Of a DNA stretch of 64,000 nucleotides, positions 19,193-30,484 are shown in pieces. The translations under genes were made by a program, and so were the position numbers. The DNA lies in assembly GCA_037137535.1 (NCBI GenBank), contig JBAXKC010000001.1, positions 1-64,000 of the forward strand. The letters run 5' to 3'. The notes beneath the pieces are model-generated. The model did not search any database, was not told the origin of the DNA, and saw only the letters and a program-made list of their open reading frames with translations. The stretch is from a bacterium (GTDB taxonomy: Bacteria > Cyanobacteriota > Vampirovibrionia > Gastranaerophilales > JBAXKC01). Position 1 is the first letter of the stretch, and the number at the start of each line of letters is the position of its first letter.

Positions 19193-21214
19193 ATGAATAA
19201 TATATCTTTTTTAAAAGATAAAAAAATCCCCCTATATGTAACCGTTGGAATAATCATAGCCTTTTTTGTCTTAAATTCATCATTTATACCATTTATTGAT
19301 GAAATTTCTCCTTTCACATCAGAAAGCAGAAGATTATATATATTAGCAATTGAACATCAAAAAAATAACGAATACAAAGAAGCCATTATTGATTATGTAA
19401 AGATACCATCAGTTTACAGAGCACATGATGCTGTTTTATTTCAAATGGCAAAATGTGCAGCGGCTATTGGAGAAGAAAAAACAACAATAGAAAGTTTAAA
19501 AAAACTTGTATCAAGACATCATTCAAGTCCATTAGCACCTATTGGCTTATATAATCTTGGACAAGCCTATGTAAGAACCAGCCAGCCCGATGAAGCAGAA
19601 TATGCTTTCAAAGAAACTATTGCCGATTATCCTGATTCTAATTACGCAAAAGGCAGTTTATATTATATGGGAGCGCTGAATTTCAAAAAAGATGCCAATG
19701 CTGCTATTAAATATTGGATGGAATATCTCGCTAAATCGCCCGATGGCAGATTTAGCCAAGAAATTTTAAATAAACTTGCAACATATAAAGATAAATTCAA
19801 CTCTAATCAAAAATTCACATACGGAAAGTCATTATTTCTAAATAACCGATATAACGAAGCATTGGAAGTATTAAAACAAACTCCTGCCGCTGAGAGCTGG
19901 TATTCTATTGCTGAAGCAAGTCATGAAATGGGCAAAGACTCTTCTGCCTTATTTTTCCTTAAAGAAGGATTAGTTAAATATGCTAATTCACAAGATGACG
20001 ACAATATTGAAAAAGCAATGGAACTTTATACAAAGTTAAGCCCTGCTTCTGATCTTGAGGATTGGTCATTTTTAGGGTTAAATGCGGCTAAAAAAAGAGA
20101 TTATGCTTTATACGAAAAAGCATCGTATGTTTCAAAAGAAAATGCGATAGAAATTTACAAACAAATAGCTGGAAATTATACAAAAGGAAAATATGCATCA
20201 GAAGCATTATGGAATGTATTCTGGGACAAGTTCAAAAAGTCTCAATATCAAGAAGCAATTGCTCTTGGAGAACAGCATAATATGATTTATCAAAATACAG
20301 CGGCTTCTCCCGAGATTATGTTCTGGACTGCAAAAGCTTATGAAAGAACCAGACAACCACGCAAAGCAAAACGTTATTATGAAAAGCTGATTGGATTATA
20401 TCCCGACAGCTATTACGCGTTTAGAGCTAAAGGACGCATAGAATATATAGAAACAGGCAATGATCCTGGCTGGAATATGAATATTTCAGAAATTGCAGAT
20501 AAATCTCCAGCAGAAAATGATTATCCCTACTCTTTAGACATGCTGAAAAAACAATTTGGATCTACTGTTGCCGAGCTTGTTCTTGCCGGTGATACTGATA
20601 CATTGGAACTAATTACCGATGATAAATTTATTCAAAGCTGGATTAAAGAAAAACGTGGAATGAAGTCAAAATCAATTGTCATAGCTAGAGATGAAATGAA
20701 CGACATTATGCCAAAACCAAGTGTTGACGATGTCAGATGGAAAATGATCTACCCGCTGAGATTTTTAAATATCATTAATAAATATGCTCAATATAATAAC
20801 ATTGACCCATTAATAGCTTTATCACTGACTCGTGAAGAAAGTTATTTCAATCCGCTTGCAGTAAGTTATTCTAACGCAAGAGGACTTATGCAAATCCTTC
20901 CGGGGACTGCAAATGACGTTGCAAGATGGAATAATTTAAGCCCTGTGTCAGCCTTTGAGCTTTTTGATCCTGAAACAAACATAAAAATTGGAACTTCTTA
21001 TATAAAATACACAAAATCCGAATTATGGTATAATAATATGTTTGCAGTCGCAGCATATAACTGTGGTCCTGCCGCAATTAAAAGATGGGCAAGTAAAAAA
21101 ACAATTCAAGATTATGATGAATTTGTTGAAGATATTCCTTATGCCCAAACAAGAACTTACGTTAAAAAAGTATTTAGAACTTATTGGAACTATAAAAGAC
21201 TTTATAATCTGTAA
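19193..21214 (+). CDS. TPR-containing soluble lytic transglycosylase (Slt-like)
   Basis: TPRs; REESYF, ARGLMQI, AAYNCG, TRTYVKKV. Confidence 0.92.
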   Translation: MNNISFLKDKKIPLYVTVGIIIAFFVLNSSFIPFIDEISPFTSESRRLYILAIEHQKNNEYKEAIIDYVKIPSVYRAHDAVLFQMAKCAAAIGEEKTTIESLKKLVSRHHSSPLAPIGLYNLGQAYVRTSQPDEAEYAFKETIADYPDSNYAKGSLYYMGALNFKKDANAAIKYWMEYLAKSPDGRFSQEILNKLATYKDKFNSNQKFTYGKSLFLNNRYNEALEVLKQTPAAESWYSIAEASHEMGKDSSALFFLKEGLVKYANSQDDDNIEKAMELYTKLSPASDLEDWSFLGLNAAKKRDYALYEKASYVSKENAIEIYKQIAGNYTKGKYASEALWNVFWDKFKKSQYQEAIALGEQHNMIYQNTAASPEIMFWTAKAYERTRQPRKAKRYYEKLIGLYPDSYYAFRAKGRIEYIETGNDPGWNMNISEIADKSPAENDYPYSLDMLKKQFGSTVAELVLAGDTDTLELITDDKFIQSWIKEKRGMKSKSIVIARDEMNDIMPKPSVDDVRWKMIYPLRFLNIINKYAQYNNIDPLIALSLTREESYFNPLAVSYSNARGLMQILPGTANDVARWNNLSPVSAFELFDPETNIKIGTSYIKYTKSELWYNNMFAVAAYNCGPAAIKRWASKKTIQDYDEFVEDIPYAQTRTYVKKVFRTYWNYKRLYNL

Positions 21215-21225
21215 AAGGAGAATAT

Positions 21226-21861
21226 ATGATCGTTAAAACTATGGTTGTAGGACCATTTCAGGTAAATAATTATCTTGTTGTATGCGAAGAAACAAAAGAA
21301 GCAGTTCTAATTGATGCGGGCGGAGATTTAACAAAGCTTGAGAAGCGTCTTGAAGAGACAGGAGCAACATTAAAATATATTTTTAATACTCACGGACATC
21401 TTGATCATATAGCAGGCATTTATGACATTCAGAAAAAGCTTGGAGTAAAAGTATATTTACACAAAGATGACGAGTTCCTCGTAGACTCTTTTCAACAATC
21501 TTTATCAATGTACGGATTCCCACATTATGAAACACCAAAAATTGATGAATATTTTGAAGAACATCAAGAACTAAAAGTCGGAAATATTGTATTTAAAGTG
21601 ATTCATACTCCAGGACATTCTCCTGGTTCCGTATGCTTATTAGCAGACAATAACCTATTTGCAGGTGATACAATATTCTCTCGCTCTGTCGGAAGAACAG
21701 ATCTACCCGGTGGATCATACAGACAACTAAAATCTTCTGTTGAAGATATAATTTTTAAACTAAATGAAAATATTATTATTCACTCAGGTCATGGGCCAAC
21801 AACAACTGTTGGTGAAGAAGTAGAGCATAACCCGTTTTTTGGCAAACATGCGAATAGGTAA
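21226..21861 (+). CDS. MBL-fold metallohydrolase (glyoxalase II-like)
   Basis: THGHLDH, HTPGHSPG, GRTDLPGG, GHGP. Confidence 0.93.
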   Translation: MIVKTMVVGPFQVNNYLVVCEETKEAVLIDAGGDLTKLEKRLEETGATLKYIFNTHGHLDHIAGIYDIQKKLGVKVYLHKDDEFLVDSFQQSLSMYGFPHYETPKIDEYFEEHQELKVGNIVFKVIHTPGHSPGSVCLLADNNLFAGDTIFSRSVGRTDLPGGSYRQLKSSVEDIIFKLNENIIIHSGHGPTTTVGEEVEHNPFFGKHANR

Positions 21862-21863
21862 TA

Positions 21864-22496
21864 ATGACTAAAATAAAAATATGTGGAATAACAAACACTA
21901 AAGATGCCTTATATCTAAGCAACAAAGACCTTTGGGCTATGGGCTTCATTTTTGTAAAAGAAACTCCCCGATACATTTCATTTGAAACCGCAAAAAAAAT
22001 AATCCGATTAGTGCCTGCAAATGTTGAAAAAATCGGTGTTTTTGTAAACCCTGAAATTGAAGAGATAAAAAAAACAGTAGAAATCGCCAACATTACAAAA
22101 ATACAATTACATGGAGAAGAATCAGCCGATTTTTGTAAACAGGTCAACGAATTAACGGGATTAGAAGTGATTAAAGCTTTTAGAATAGGTAATCTATACG
22201 ATATAAAAGCAGTAAAACTATATCAATCTGTCGTTAATACCATCCTATTAGACAGCTATTCAAAAGGGCAACACGGAGGAAGCGGAAAATCTTTCAATTG
22301 GGATTTAGCTAAATCCCTTTCAGATAGTGATTTTAATATTATTTTAGCGGGTGGAATTAATCCCGATAATGTAAATGAAGCAATAACAACAGTTAAACCT
22401 TTTGCCGTAGATATTTCGAGTGGAGTAGAAGCCTCAAAAGGAAAAAAAGACCACAAAAAAATTGACTTATTGTTTGAAAACGCATATAAAATTTAA
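21864..22496 (+). CDS. trpF: Phosphoribosylanthranilate isomerase
   Basis: KIKICGIT, QLHGEE, GGSGKSFNW, LAGGI, DISSGVE. Confidence 0.96.
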   Translation: MTKIKICGITNTKDALYLSNKDLWAMGFIFVKETPRYISFETAKKIIRLVPANVEKIGVFVNPEIEEIKKTVEIANITKIQLHGEESADFCKQVNELTGLEVIKAFRIGNLYDIKAVKLYQSVVNTILLDSYSKGQHGGSGKSFNWDLAKSLSDSDFNIILAGGINPDNVNEAITTVKPFAVDISSGVEASKGKKDHKKIDLLFENAYKI

Positions 22497-22523
22497 TATG
22501 TTAATGAAAAAGATAAATTAGAA

Positions 22524-23816
22524 ATGAAAAAAGTAGCTATAAATACTCTCGGATGTAAAACAAATCAGCTTGAATCTTCAATGATAGTAGAAAACTTCGT
22601 TGAGTATGGATTTGAAGTAGTTAAATTCAGCGAACATGCTGATATATATATAATAAACTCCTGTTCCGTAACCGCAAAAAGCGATAATGATTCAAAATAC
22701 TTTGTAAGACAGGCAAAAAGAAAAAACCCTCAAGCAACAATAGTTATTACAGGCTGTTATGCACAAGTATCAGCAGAGGAAGCATCAAAAATAGAAGATG
22801 TAGATTTTGTTATAGGAAATACGGAAAAACAAAATATAGCAGAAATAGTTTTAAATAAAAAAGATAAAGTTTCTGTATCTAACATAATGGACGAAACTGA
22901 ATTTAAAGGAAAAAAAGTTTATTCCGCATCAGGAAGAACCAGAGCCGTTATGAAAATACAGGACGGATGTAATAACAGATGCTCTTATTGTATAATCCCT
23001 TATGCAAGAGGAAAAAGCAGAAGTAATAACCTTGATAATATAATTGAACAGGTTAAAGAACTTACAGACAAAGGTTTTACCGAAATTATGCTTTCGGGAA
23101 TACACATAGGACTATGGGGAGCTGATTTAGAACCAAAAGTTTCCATGCTGGACCTTTGCAAAGAACTCGAAAAAATTGAAAATCTAAAACGTTACCGTTT
23201 AGGTTCTTTATACCCGACAGAAATTACAGATGAAATGATTGAGATTTTTGTTAATTCCGAAAAGTTTTGCAGACACTTACATATCTCGCTTCAAAGTGCT
23301 GATAATAGCGTTTTAAAAGCAATGGGCAGAAATTACCCAATTGAAACCTATATCAATCTAGTGAAAAAATTAGTTAAATTAATGCCAGATATCGCAGTTG
23401 GAAGTGACATAATTGTAGGATTTCCTGGTGAAACTCATGAAATGTTTGAAAATACATGCAAAAATTTACAAAATTTACCAATAAGTTATCTACATGTCTT
23501 TCCTTATTCCAAAAGAAAAGGAACTCCGGCAGCTGAAATGCCGAATCAGATAAATGAAAACGAGAAAAAATTAAGAGCAGAAACACTAAAAAAAATAGCC
23601 TTAGAAAAAAACTCAATATTTAAACACAATCAACTTAATAAAATTTTTAATGTTATTGTTGAAAAAAACAGGGATAAATCGACAAATAAACTAAAAGGAA
23701 TAACAGATAATTATTTAACGGTTTTATTTGAAGGAGATGACTCGCTGCAAGGTAGTCTGGTTTCTATACAAACATCAGACATAATTGACAATCAATTACA
23801 TGGAAAACTTCTTTAA
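22524..23816 (+). CDS. mtaB: tRNA t6A methylthiotransferase
   Basis: TLGCKTNQ, INSCSVT, GCYAQ, KIQDGCNNRCSYCIIPYARG, HVFPYSKRKGT. Confidence 0.93.
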   Translation: MKKVAINTLGCKTNQLESSMIVENFVEYGFEVVKFSEHADIYIINSCSVTAKSDNDSKYFVRQAKRKNPQATIVITGCYAQVSAEEASKIEDVDFVIGNTEKQNIAEIVLNKKDKVSVSNIMDETEFKGKKVYSASGRTRAVMKIQDGCNNRCSYCIIPYARGKSRSNNLDNIIEQVKELTDKGFTEIMLSGIHIGLWGADLEPKVSMLDLCKELEKIENLKRYRLGSLYPTEITDEMIEIFVNSEKFCRHLHISLQSADNSVLKAMGRNYPIETYINLVKKLVKLMPDIAVGSDIIVGFPGETHEMFENTCKNLQNLPISYLHVFPYSKRKGTPAAEMPNQINENEKKLRAETLKKIALEKNSIFKHNQLNKIFNVIVEKNRDKSTNKLKGITDNYLTVLFEGDDSLQGSLVSIQTSDIIDNQLHGKLL

Positions 23817-23921
23817 AATTTAATTTGATTATAAATTTTCTTAAATTAAATAATTTACGAACTATTCATTTTTAATTTTATAAACTTTAATAAACTATAT
23901 AAAAAGTTTATTGGGGTCATA

Positions 23922-25049
23922 ATGAACATTGTTTCTACTTCTCGTTATACAACGAGTATTTCTTTTAAAAAGCATTTAAATAATAAGAATGAAGATTTTT
24001 CTTCCGATAATGAAATTAAAAATACACCTTCAGATAAACATCCGCTAAACTCGAAAATTGTCAGCGCATGCCTATCGGCTTTATTGTTAGCAACACAGGG
24101 ATGTCAGCTAATACCACCTAATAACAACTCAATTTATAATCCAAATACCGATACTCCGACTCTGGTTATGCAAAATATTGTTTCAGCAAATGACATTAAA
24201 CCTGAAAAGCAGGATATATTAAAATTCAATAACTTATCCGATAAAGATTATTCAAGTAAAAGAGATGATTTTATAATACAGCTTGAAAATGATGGTGTAT
24301 TAAATGATAAATCTAAAGAATTAAAACCTTTTGATGATGGAGCAAGTATTGGAATAGGTTATGGTCTTGATTTATTACATAATAGACTGGATGATATAAA
24401 AACACACTTAAAATCAGCAGATATAACCTTTTCTGAGAGCGATCAAACTTTAATTAGAGAATTAGGTCCAATGGCAAGAAAACAAGATGCTGATGGTTCT
24501 GCAACAAGAAAAAAATTAGTAAAAAAGCTTCATTTATATTTAGCCTCTGAAAAAAATGCCCGAAAAGTTCTTGATTCTGAACTAGATTTAAACTCAGAAA
24601 CAAGAATAAATAAATATATAAACACTAAAATCGCTAAAAGTAATGAAAGAATTGCTTTTTTATCAATCTTATATAATTCCGACCCTTCTATCATTACGGA
24701 AAACTTGAATAAAGCGCTTTCAGAAGGGAACCGATTTAGAGCATGGTATGAGATAAGGTACCACTCTAATACAAAAATTGATGCGGTGAAAGACGGCATT
24801 GCCTCAAGACGCTATCAAGAATCTGATATGTTTGGATTATTTAATGATGGAGACGCCACAAAAAGTGAGGCCAAAACCTTTTTAGACTTTTTAAACAGCA
24901 AAGATCCTTATGATAATAATTATAAAGTGATTGAAACCATAAGAGAGCATGAAAAAACCTATAATACTAAAAACTCTTCAACTGAAAGCATTGATGATAC
25001 AGTTAAAAAACTTATCAATGAATATAAATTTACAGATTATAATTTTTAA
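23922..25049 (+). CDS. Protein with lysozyme-like (GH24-type) domain
   Basis: LE..PFDD..IGYGLDL, LSILYN, AWYEIRY, GIASRRYQE; hydrophobic segment ending in G-C at about aa 46-62. Confidence 0.6.
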   Translation: MNIVSTSRYTTSISFKKHLNNKNEDFSSDNEIKNTPSDKHPLNSKIVSACLSALLLATQGCQLIPPNNNSIYNPNTDTPTLVMQNIVSANDIKPEKQDILKFNNLSDKDYSSKRDDFIIQLENDGVLNDKSKELKPFDDGASIGIGYGLDLLHNRLDDIKTHLKSADITFSESDQTLIRELGPMARKQDADGSATRKKLVKKLHLYLASEKNARKVLDSELDLNSETRINKYINTKIAKSNERIAFLSILYNSDPSIITENLNKALSEGNRFRAWYEIRYHSNTKIDAVKDGIASRRYQESDMFGLFNDGDATKSEAKTFLDFLNSKDPYDNNYKVIETIREHEKTYNTKNSSTESIDDTVKKLINEYKFTDYNF

Positions 25050-25129
25050 ACAATAAGATAAATACTATACTGTAAGCCATGCCTAACAGTTGAATTTCAT
25101 TTAATAACAAACTATTTTATAATTCTTCA

Positions 25130-25651
25130 ATGAAAAAAATAATCATTATTTTATTATTAATTTTGTTATTTTTAGCTCCTACTTATGCAAAGGAGCTAAG
25201 TGGTAATGTAAATATAAGTAAAGAAATAACCTCATTAAAAGATAAAATATTTTCAAATATCACCACCTCAATAAATACAGATGAACTCCCCTCCAGCGAT
25301 CCTGACTTTATGGAAAATAAAACAGCGTTAAAAAGTGGCATTAAAAAAATTAAAGATAGAAGTATAACAGTTTTCAGCAAAGGTTATTATGGAGTAATAT
25401 TTGCTGACGGAAGCGGTTATTATTGTGATGATAAAGGTGGAATTATAAATTATTTATACGAAGATCAGGGCAATTATCCTAAAAAACTCAGTATTTATAA
25501 TAAACAAGGAAGTCTTAGCCAAGTATCATTGATAACAGCAAAAGATAGCAGTTATAACTATAATGCAAAAGGTGAACTAATGGGATTTTGCGAAAATAAC
25601 GAGTGCTTTGATCGATTTGGAAATGTTAGCTGCACTCGATATTCTTATTAG
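25130..25651 (+). CDS. Exported hypothetical protein
   Basis: Sec signal peptide MKKIII...TYA|K; Tyr/Gly-rich beta-hairpin repeats. Confidence 0.8.
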   Translation: MKKIIIILLLILLFLAPTYAKELSGNVNISKEITSLKDKIFSNITTSINTDELPSSDPDFMENKTALKSGIKKIKDRSITVFSKGYYGVIFADGSGYYCDDKGGIINYLYEDQGNYPKKLSIYNKQGSLSQVSLITAKDSSYNYNAKGELMGFCENNECFDRFGNVSCTRYSY

Positions 25652-26423
25652 ATTTAGTTAATATTTTTTCATTATAATAATCAAGACTTTTTAAAAAGAT
25701 ATTAAGTTTTATTTTTGAAACTAAAATAATCCACAAAATAAATATAAGTCCAAAAGCATAAGGATTTATAGAATAAAAAGCAAAAAAAGAAATACAAATA
25801 TAAATTAATGAAAATAAAATATATTTAACATTTTGGAAAAGAATCTTTTCAGAGCATTTTACTACGGAATCATTAGATAATTCAGGAGATAATAAACGAT
25901 TAATTACACCAAATTCAGTAACTGCAACATTCCAAATCATTTTAAAAACACCAAAAATTACTGAAAATAAACTTAAAATAAGCAAGAAAAGTACACTCAT
26001 AATATCAATTAAAATATTAAGCTTCAAACCACTAGAAATAACTAAAATTGAAGCAATAACAACTAAAAAAGAAAAGCCTGCATATTTAAAAAACGGCTGC
26101 AATACATATAAAAATCTATAATATGACCATTTATAACTATGCATAAAGTATTTTTTTTCTGCTAAAGCTAATTCAAAATTTTTACTTTTCATAAAATAAG
26201 CCGTAATTAATAACTCAAAGTAGTTAAGAACAATCAAATAAAGACAAATTAAAAACATAGAAAATATAATTAATAATAAAAATATAAAAAGATTTGAATT
26301 GTAATCATAAAAAAATACTGATGTTAAAACACCCTTTAAAAAAATTGGGGTTATTAACATCAGTATATATAATATTATTCCAATGAACAAAAGTTCAATA
26401 TGAAATTTTTTATTGGTTATCAT
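25626..26423 (-). CDS. Hypothetical multi-pass membrane protein
   Basis: Several hydrophobic segments; overlaps the upstream MshEN gene. Confidence 0.7.
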   Translation of the reverse strand: MITNKKFHIELLFIGIILYILMLITPIFLKGVLTSVFFYDYNSNLFIFLLLIIFSMFLICLYLIVLNYFELLITAYFMKSKNFELALAEKKYFMHSYKWSYYRFLYVLQPFFKYAGFSFLVVIASILVISSGLKLNILIDIMSVLFLLILSLFSVIFGVFKMIWNVAVTEFGVINRLLSPELSNDSVVKCSEKILFQNVKYILFSLIYICISFFAFYSINPYAFGLIFILWIILVSKIKLNIFLKSLDYYNEKILTKSNKNIECS

Positions 26424-26694
26424 TGTCTTTGAGTTTTTTTATCTCGTCAAAACTCTCGGTCAATATCTTTCCAATACTTGATTGAAGCTCAAGTTGCTGC
26501 ATAAGCTCTTCTTTAGTAATAAAATTCAAGCTTATAAGTGCTTCTCCTATGGGAAGTCCTTGTGTTCTCTGTATTTCAAGGGCTTCACCTAATTGACTGA
26601 TAGTAATATTTTTACGCTGTAAGAGAATTTCACCTAATCTGGGATGTCTTGCGAGTTCTTCCCAAACTTGTATGTTATCAAGATTTTCACTCAT
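26410..26694 (-). CDS. Stand-alone MshEN (c-di-GMP-binding) domain protein
   Basis: RLGEILLQRKNITISQLGEALEIQ and PIGEALISLNFITKEELMQQLELQ tandem motif. Confidence 0.8.
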   Translation of the reverse strand: MSENLDNIQVWEELARHPRLGEILLQRKNITISQLGEALEIQRTQGLPIGEALISLNFITKEELMQQLELQSSIGKILTESFDEIKKLKDNDNQ

Positions 26695-26723
26695 GAAACA
26701 ACCTGTTATCTTTCTTCACTAAA

Positions 26724-29201
26724 TTATTCAGACGCTTCTGTTGTATTTTCAGCATTGGTTGATGCAAGTTCTTCTTTCATTTTTTCAAATGTAACCTGCT
26801 TACCGTCTAAATCTAATTTTATTTTATCATTTTCATGATAACCACCCATTAGAATTTCTTCAGCAATCTGATCTTCAATTTTCTTTTGAATTACTCTTCT
26901 AAGAGGTCTTGCACCGTAAGTTTCGCTATATCCTTCATCAGCAAGGAAGTCTTTAACTTGGTCAGGTACAATAATCTCCATATTTTGAGAATGAAGACGC
27001 TTAACAAGATCTTTAAGCATAATATCAACAATTTGCCTGATTTCAGGTTTTGAAAGATGAGCAAATACGATAATATCATCTAATCTGTTTAAGAATTCCG
27101 GCTTGAAGAACTTTTTCATTTCATCATTAACTGTGTCTTTCATTCTTTCATATCTGTCTTTTTCAGCATCATTTGCAATAGCGAAACCAAGCTTAGAGGT
27201 TGATTCTATACTACTTGCACCAATGTTACTGGTCATGATAATTACTGTATTTTTAAAGTTAACAGCTCTTCCTCTTGAATCGGAAAGTCTTCCGTCATCA
27301 AGAATTTGTAGAAGAAGGTTAAATACATCAGGGTGCGCTTTCTCAACTTCATCGAAAAGAACTACTGAATATGGTTTTTTTCTAATAGTTTCGGTTAAGT
27401 GACCGCCTTCATTATAACCGACATATCCTGGAGGTGAGCCTATAAGCTTACTGGTAGAGTGTTTTTCCATAAATTCGGACATATCAACTCTAACCATATT
27501 ATCTTCAGATCCAAACATAGCTTCAGCAAGTGCTTTAGCAAGTTCAGTTTTACCAACACCGGTTGGCCCGCTGAAAATAAAGCTTCCAATAGGTCTGCTA
27601 GGGTTTTTAAGACCAACTCTAGCTCTTCTGATAGCTTTAGATATGGAGATAACAGCAGAATGTTGCCCGATAACTCTTTGATGAAGGATATCTTCAAGTC
27701 TTAACAAGCGTTCGCTCTCACCTTCAGTAAGTTTTGTTACAGGAATACCTGTCCAACTGCTTACGATGTGTGCAATATCTTCTTCTGTTACTTTAGCTTT
27801 ATTCGCTTCTTGTTCAGTTTTCCACTGTTGAGAAATTTCTCTGATTTTCTCTCTAAGTTCAGCTTCTGTATCTCTTAACTGACTAGCTTTTTCAAATTCC
27901 TGATTTCTGATAGCCTGTTCTTTTTCTTTGATAACTTTTTTAAGCTCTTTTTCTACTTCTTTTCCTTCAGGAGGTAAAGAACTGGCTTTTAGTCTTACTC
28001 TTGAACTAGCTTCATCAATAAGGTCGATCGCTTTATCAGGTAAAAATCTTTCTGTAATATATCTGTCAGAAAGTTTTACTGAAGCATCAATAGCTTCATC
28101 AGTAATAATTAACTTATGATGTTCTTCATATTTTTGTCTTAAACCTTGAATAATCTCAACGGCTTCTTCAGGAGAAGGCTGATCAATATATACAGGTTGG
28201 AATCTTCTTTCAAGAGCTGCATCTCTCTCAACATGTTTACGATATTCATCTAATGTTGTTGCACCAATAACTTGCAATTCCCCTCTTGAAAGAGCGGGCT
28301 TAAGAATATTAGCAGCATCAATCGCACCTTCAGCAGCTCCGGCACCAATTAATGTATGCATTTCATCAATTACAAGGATTATATTCCCATTAGCTCTAAT
28401 TTCATCCATTATTTTTTTAAGACGTTCTTCAAATTCACCTCTGTACTTTGTACCGGCAACAAGAAGCCCCATATCAAGCTGAACGAGTTTTTTATCTTCA
28501 AGAACTTCAGGAACATCATTATTTACAATTCTTATCGCAAGGCCTTCAGCAATGGCTGTTTTACCAACACCCGGTTCACCGATAAGAACAGGATTATTTT
28601 TTGTTCTTCTGCCCATGATTTGGACAACTCTTTCAATTTCTTTTTCTCTTCCTACAACAGGATCAAGTCTTTGCTCCTGAGCAGCAAGAGTAAGATTAGT
28701 ACCAAACTCATCAAGAGTAGGTGTTTTACTTTTCCCTTGTGTAGTTGTTGTTGTAGAGCCTGTTCTTGTTTCTCCAAGCATTTTTATGACATTACTTCTT
28801 ACTTTATTTAAATCAACGCCTAAATTTTCAAGAACTCTAGCTGCAACACCTTCGCCTTCTCTTATTAGACCTAGAAGAAGGTGTTCTGTACCGATATAAT
28901 TATGCCCAAGCTGTCTTGCTTCATCCCATGATAATTCAAGAACTCTTTTAGCTCGTGGAGTAAATGGAATTTCTACAGCAACAAACCCTGAACCTCTACC
29001 GATAATTTTTTCTACTTCAGTACGTGATTCTTTGAGGTTTACCCCCATTGCTTTAAGTGTTTTTGCAGCAATACCTGTACCTTCTCCGATAAGACCAAGC
29101 AAAATTTGCTCTGTCCCTACGAAGTTATGTCCAAGTCTCCTTGCTTCTTCCTGAGCCAACATAATTACTTTAATGGCTTTTTCCGTAAAACGTTCAAACA
29201 T
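26724..29201 (-). CDS. clpC: ATP-dependent Clp protease ATPase subunit ClpC
   Basis: [32 protein letters not shown]; two AAA modules; UVR domain; LGF loop. Confidence 0.98.
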   Translation of the reverse strand: MFERFTEKAIKVIMLAQEEARRLGHNFVGTEQILLGLIGEGTGIAAKTLKAMGVNLKESRTEVEKIIGRGSGFVAVEIPFTPRAKRVLELSWDEARQLGHNYIGTEHLLLGLIREGEGVAARVLENLGVDLNKVRSNVIKMLGETRTGSTTTTTQGKSKTPTLDEFGTNLTLAAQEQRLDPVVGREKEIERVVQIMGRRTKNNPVLIGEPGVGKTAIAEGLAIRIVNNDVPEVLEDKKLVQLDMGLLVAGTKYRGEFEERLKKIMDEIRANGNIILVIDEMHTLIGAGAAEGAIDAANILKPALSRGELQVIGATTLDEYRKHVERDAALERRFQPVYIDQPSPEEAVEIIQGLRQKYEEHHKLIITDEAIDASVKLSDRYITERFLPDKAIDLIDEASSRVRLKASSLPPEGKEVEKELKKVIKEKEQAIRNQEFEKASQLRDTEAELREKIREISQQWKTEQEANKAKVTEEDIAHIVSSWTGIPVTKLTEGESERLLRLEDILHQRVIGQHSAVISISKAIRRARVGLKNPSRPIGSFIFSGPTGVGKTELAKALAEAMFGSEDNMVRVDMSEFMEKHSTSKLIGSPPGYVGYNEGGHLTETIRKKPYSVVLFDEVEKAHPDVFNLLLQILDDGRLSDSRGRAVNFKNTVIIMTSNIGASSIESTSKLGFAIANDAEKDRYERMKDTVNDEMKKFFKPEFLNRLDDIIVFAHLSKPEIRQIVDIMLKDLVKRLHSQNMEIIVPDQVKDFLADEGYSETYGARPLRRVIQKKIEDQIAEEILMGGYHENDKIKLDLDGKQVTFEKMKEELASTNAENTTEASE

Positions 29202-29318
29202 TTAAAAAAAGTCTCCTATTACAAGAGTTCCGAAAATCGAGTTTTATTCAAGATTAATTTTACTAGAGAATAATTAATATTTCAATTTCTTAATATTTTT
29301 TTAAGCTAGTCAGACTAA

Positions 29319-30233
29319 CTATTTTGATAAATCAAGCATTCTTTTTATTGAATTATAGGCTTTTTCAGCTATTTCTTTTTCTACAATAATTTCTGGGGCT
29401 TCATTTTTCAAAGCATTATAAATATCTTCAAGAGTGTTCCACTTCATATTTTCACAAATTGCTTTTTCAGAAATCAAAATGAATTTTTTATTTGGAAGAT
29501 CTCGTTGAAGTCTTTCAACAACACCTACTTCAGTTGCGATAATAAAAGTAGTCGCATTACTTTCATTTGCTCTTTTAATAATACCCGAAGTACTGCCAAC
29601 ATAATCGGCGAGCTTAATTACTTCCATATGACATTCGGGATGGACTAATACTTCAGAATCAGGATAATTTTCTTTCATCGCTTTAATATCTTTAGGCGAT
29701 ATTCTCATATGCGTAGGACAATAGCCCATATAACAGACTATTTCTTTATCAGGCAATTGTGAAGCCACATAACTTCCCAATCCTTTATCAGGAACAAAAA
29801 GAATTTTTTCATCAGGCAAAGAACTGACAACTTTAACGGCATTAGCGCTTGTACAGCATAAATCAGACTCTGATTTAATTTCAGCGGTTGAATTAACATA
29901 ACATACAACAGGACTGCCTGGATGTTGAGCTTTAAAAGCTCTTAATTCTTCAAGATTTATCATATCTGCCATAATACAGCCGGCTTCAAGCCTTGGAAGA
30001 ATTACTTTTTTATCAGGTGAAAGAATTTTAGCTGTTTCAGCCATAAAATAAACGCCTGCAAAAATAATCATATCGGCATCAGTAGTTGCCGCCATTTGGC
30101 TCAAATACAAAGAATCACCGACATAATCAGCAACTTCGTCAATTTCAAGCCTTTGATAACAATGAGCAAGAATTACTGCATTTTTGTCTTTTTTAAGCTG
30201 ATTTATTTCGTCAATAAGTTGTTTTTTATCCAT
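29319..30233 (-). CDS. nadA: Quinolinate synthase
   Basis: ILAH.YQ, GDSL, GVYFMAET, AGC.MAD, YVNS, HPEC, CENMK. Confidence 0.97.
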   Translation of the reverse strand: MDKKQLIDEINQLKKDKNAVILAHCYQRLEIDEVADYVGDSLYLSQMAATTDADMIIFAGVYFMAETAKILSPDKKVILPRLEAGCIMADMINLEELRAFKAQHPGSPVVCYVNSTAEIKSESDLCCTSANAVKVVSSLPDEKILFVPDKGLGSYVASQLPDKEIVCYMGYCPTHMRISPKDIKAMKENYPDSEVLVHPECHMEVIKLADYVGSTSGIIKRANESNATTFIIATEVGVVERLQRDLPNKKFILISEKAICENMKWNTLEDIYNALKNEAPEIIVEKEIAEKAYNSIKRMLDLSK

Positions 30234-30484
30234 TTATATTTCCACTCGATTTTCTAACTTGTAACTTAGTGATATTTTATTTTAAAATAAATAACTTTCA
30301 ATAACTTGAGGTATAATTAATCAAACAATATTAATGTTTTGCACAACCATTATACTTGAAAGTTTTCTATTTATTATAAGAAACACGTTTATGCTAGGCA
30401 TTAAAATATATATATTGTAGAATGTTATTGTATAATAATAACACCATTTATAATTAGCGGATACTTATCCTATAATGGAAGATA

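Noticed and set aside
29300-29330. CtsR box upstream of clpC
   Set aside because: Only a short TAGTC-a-GACTA palindrome; no tandem GTCAAA heptad repeats
30234-30484. Riboswitch upstream of nadA
   Set aside because: Very AT-rich; no recognisable aptamer or terminator
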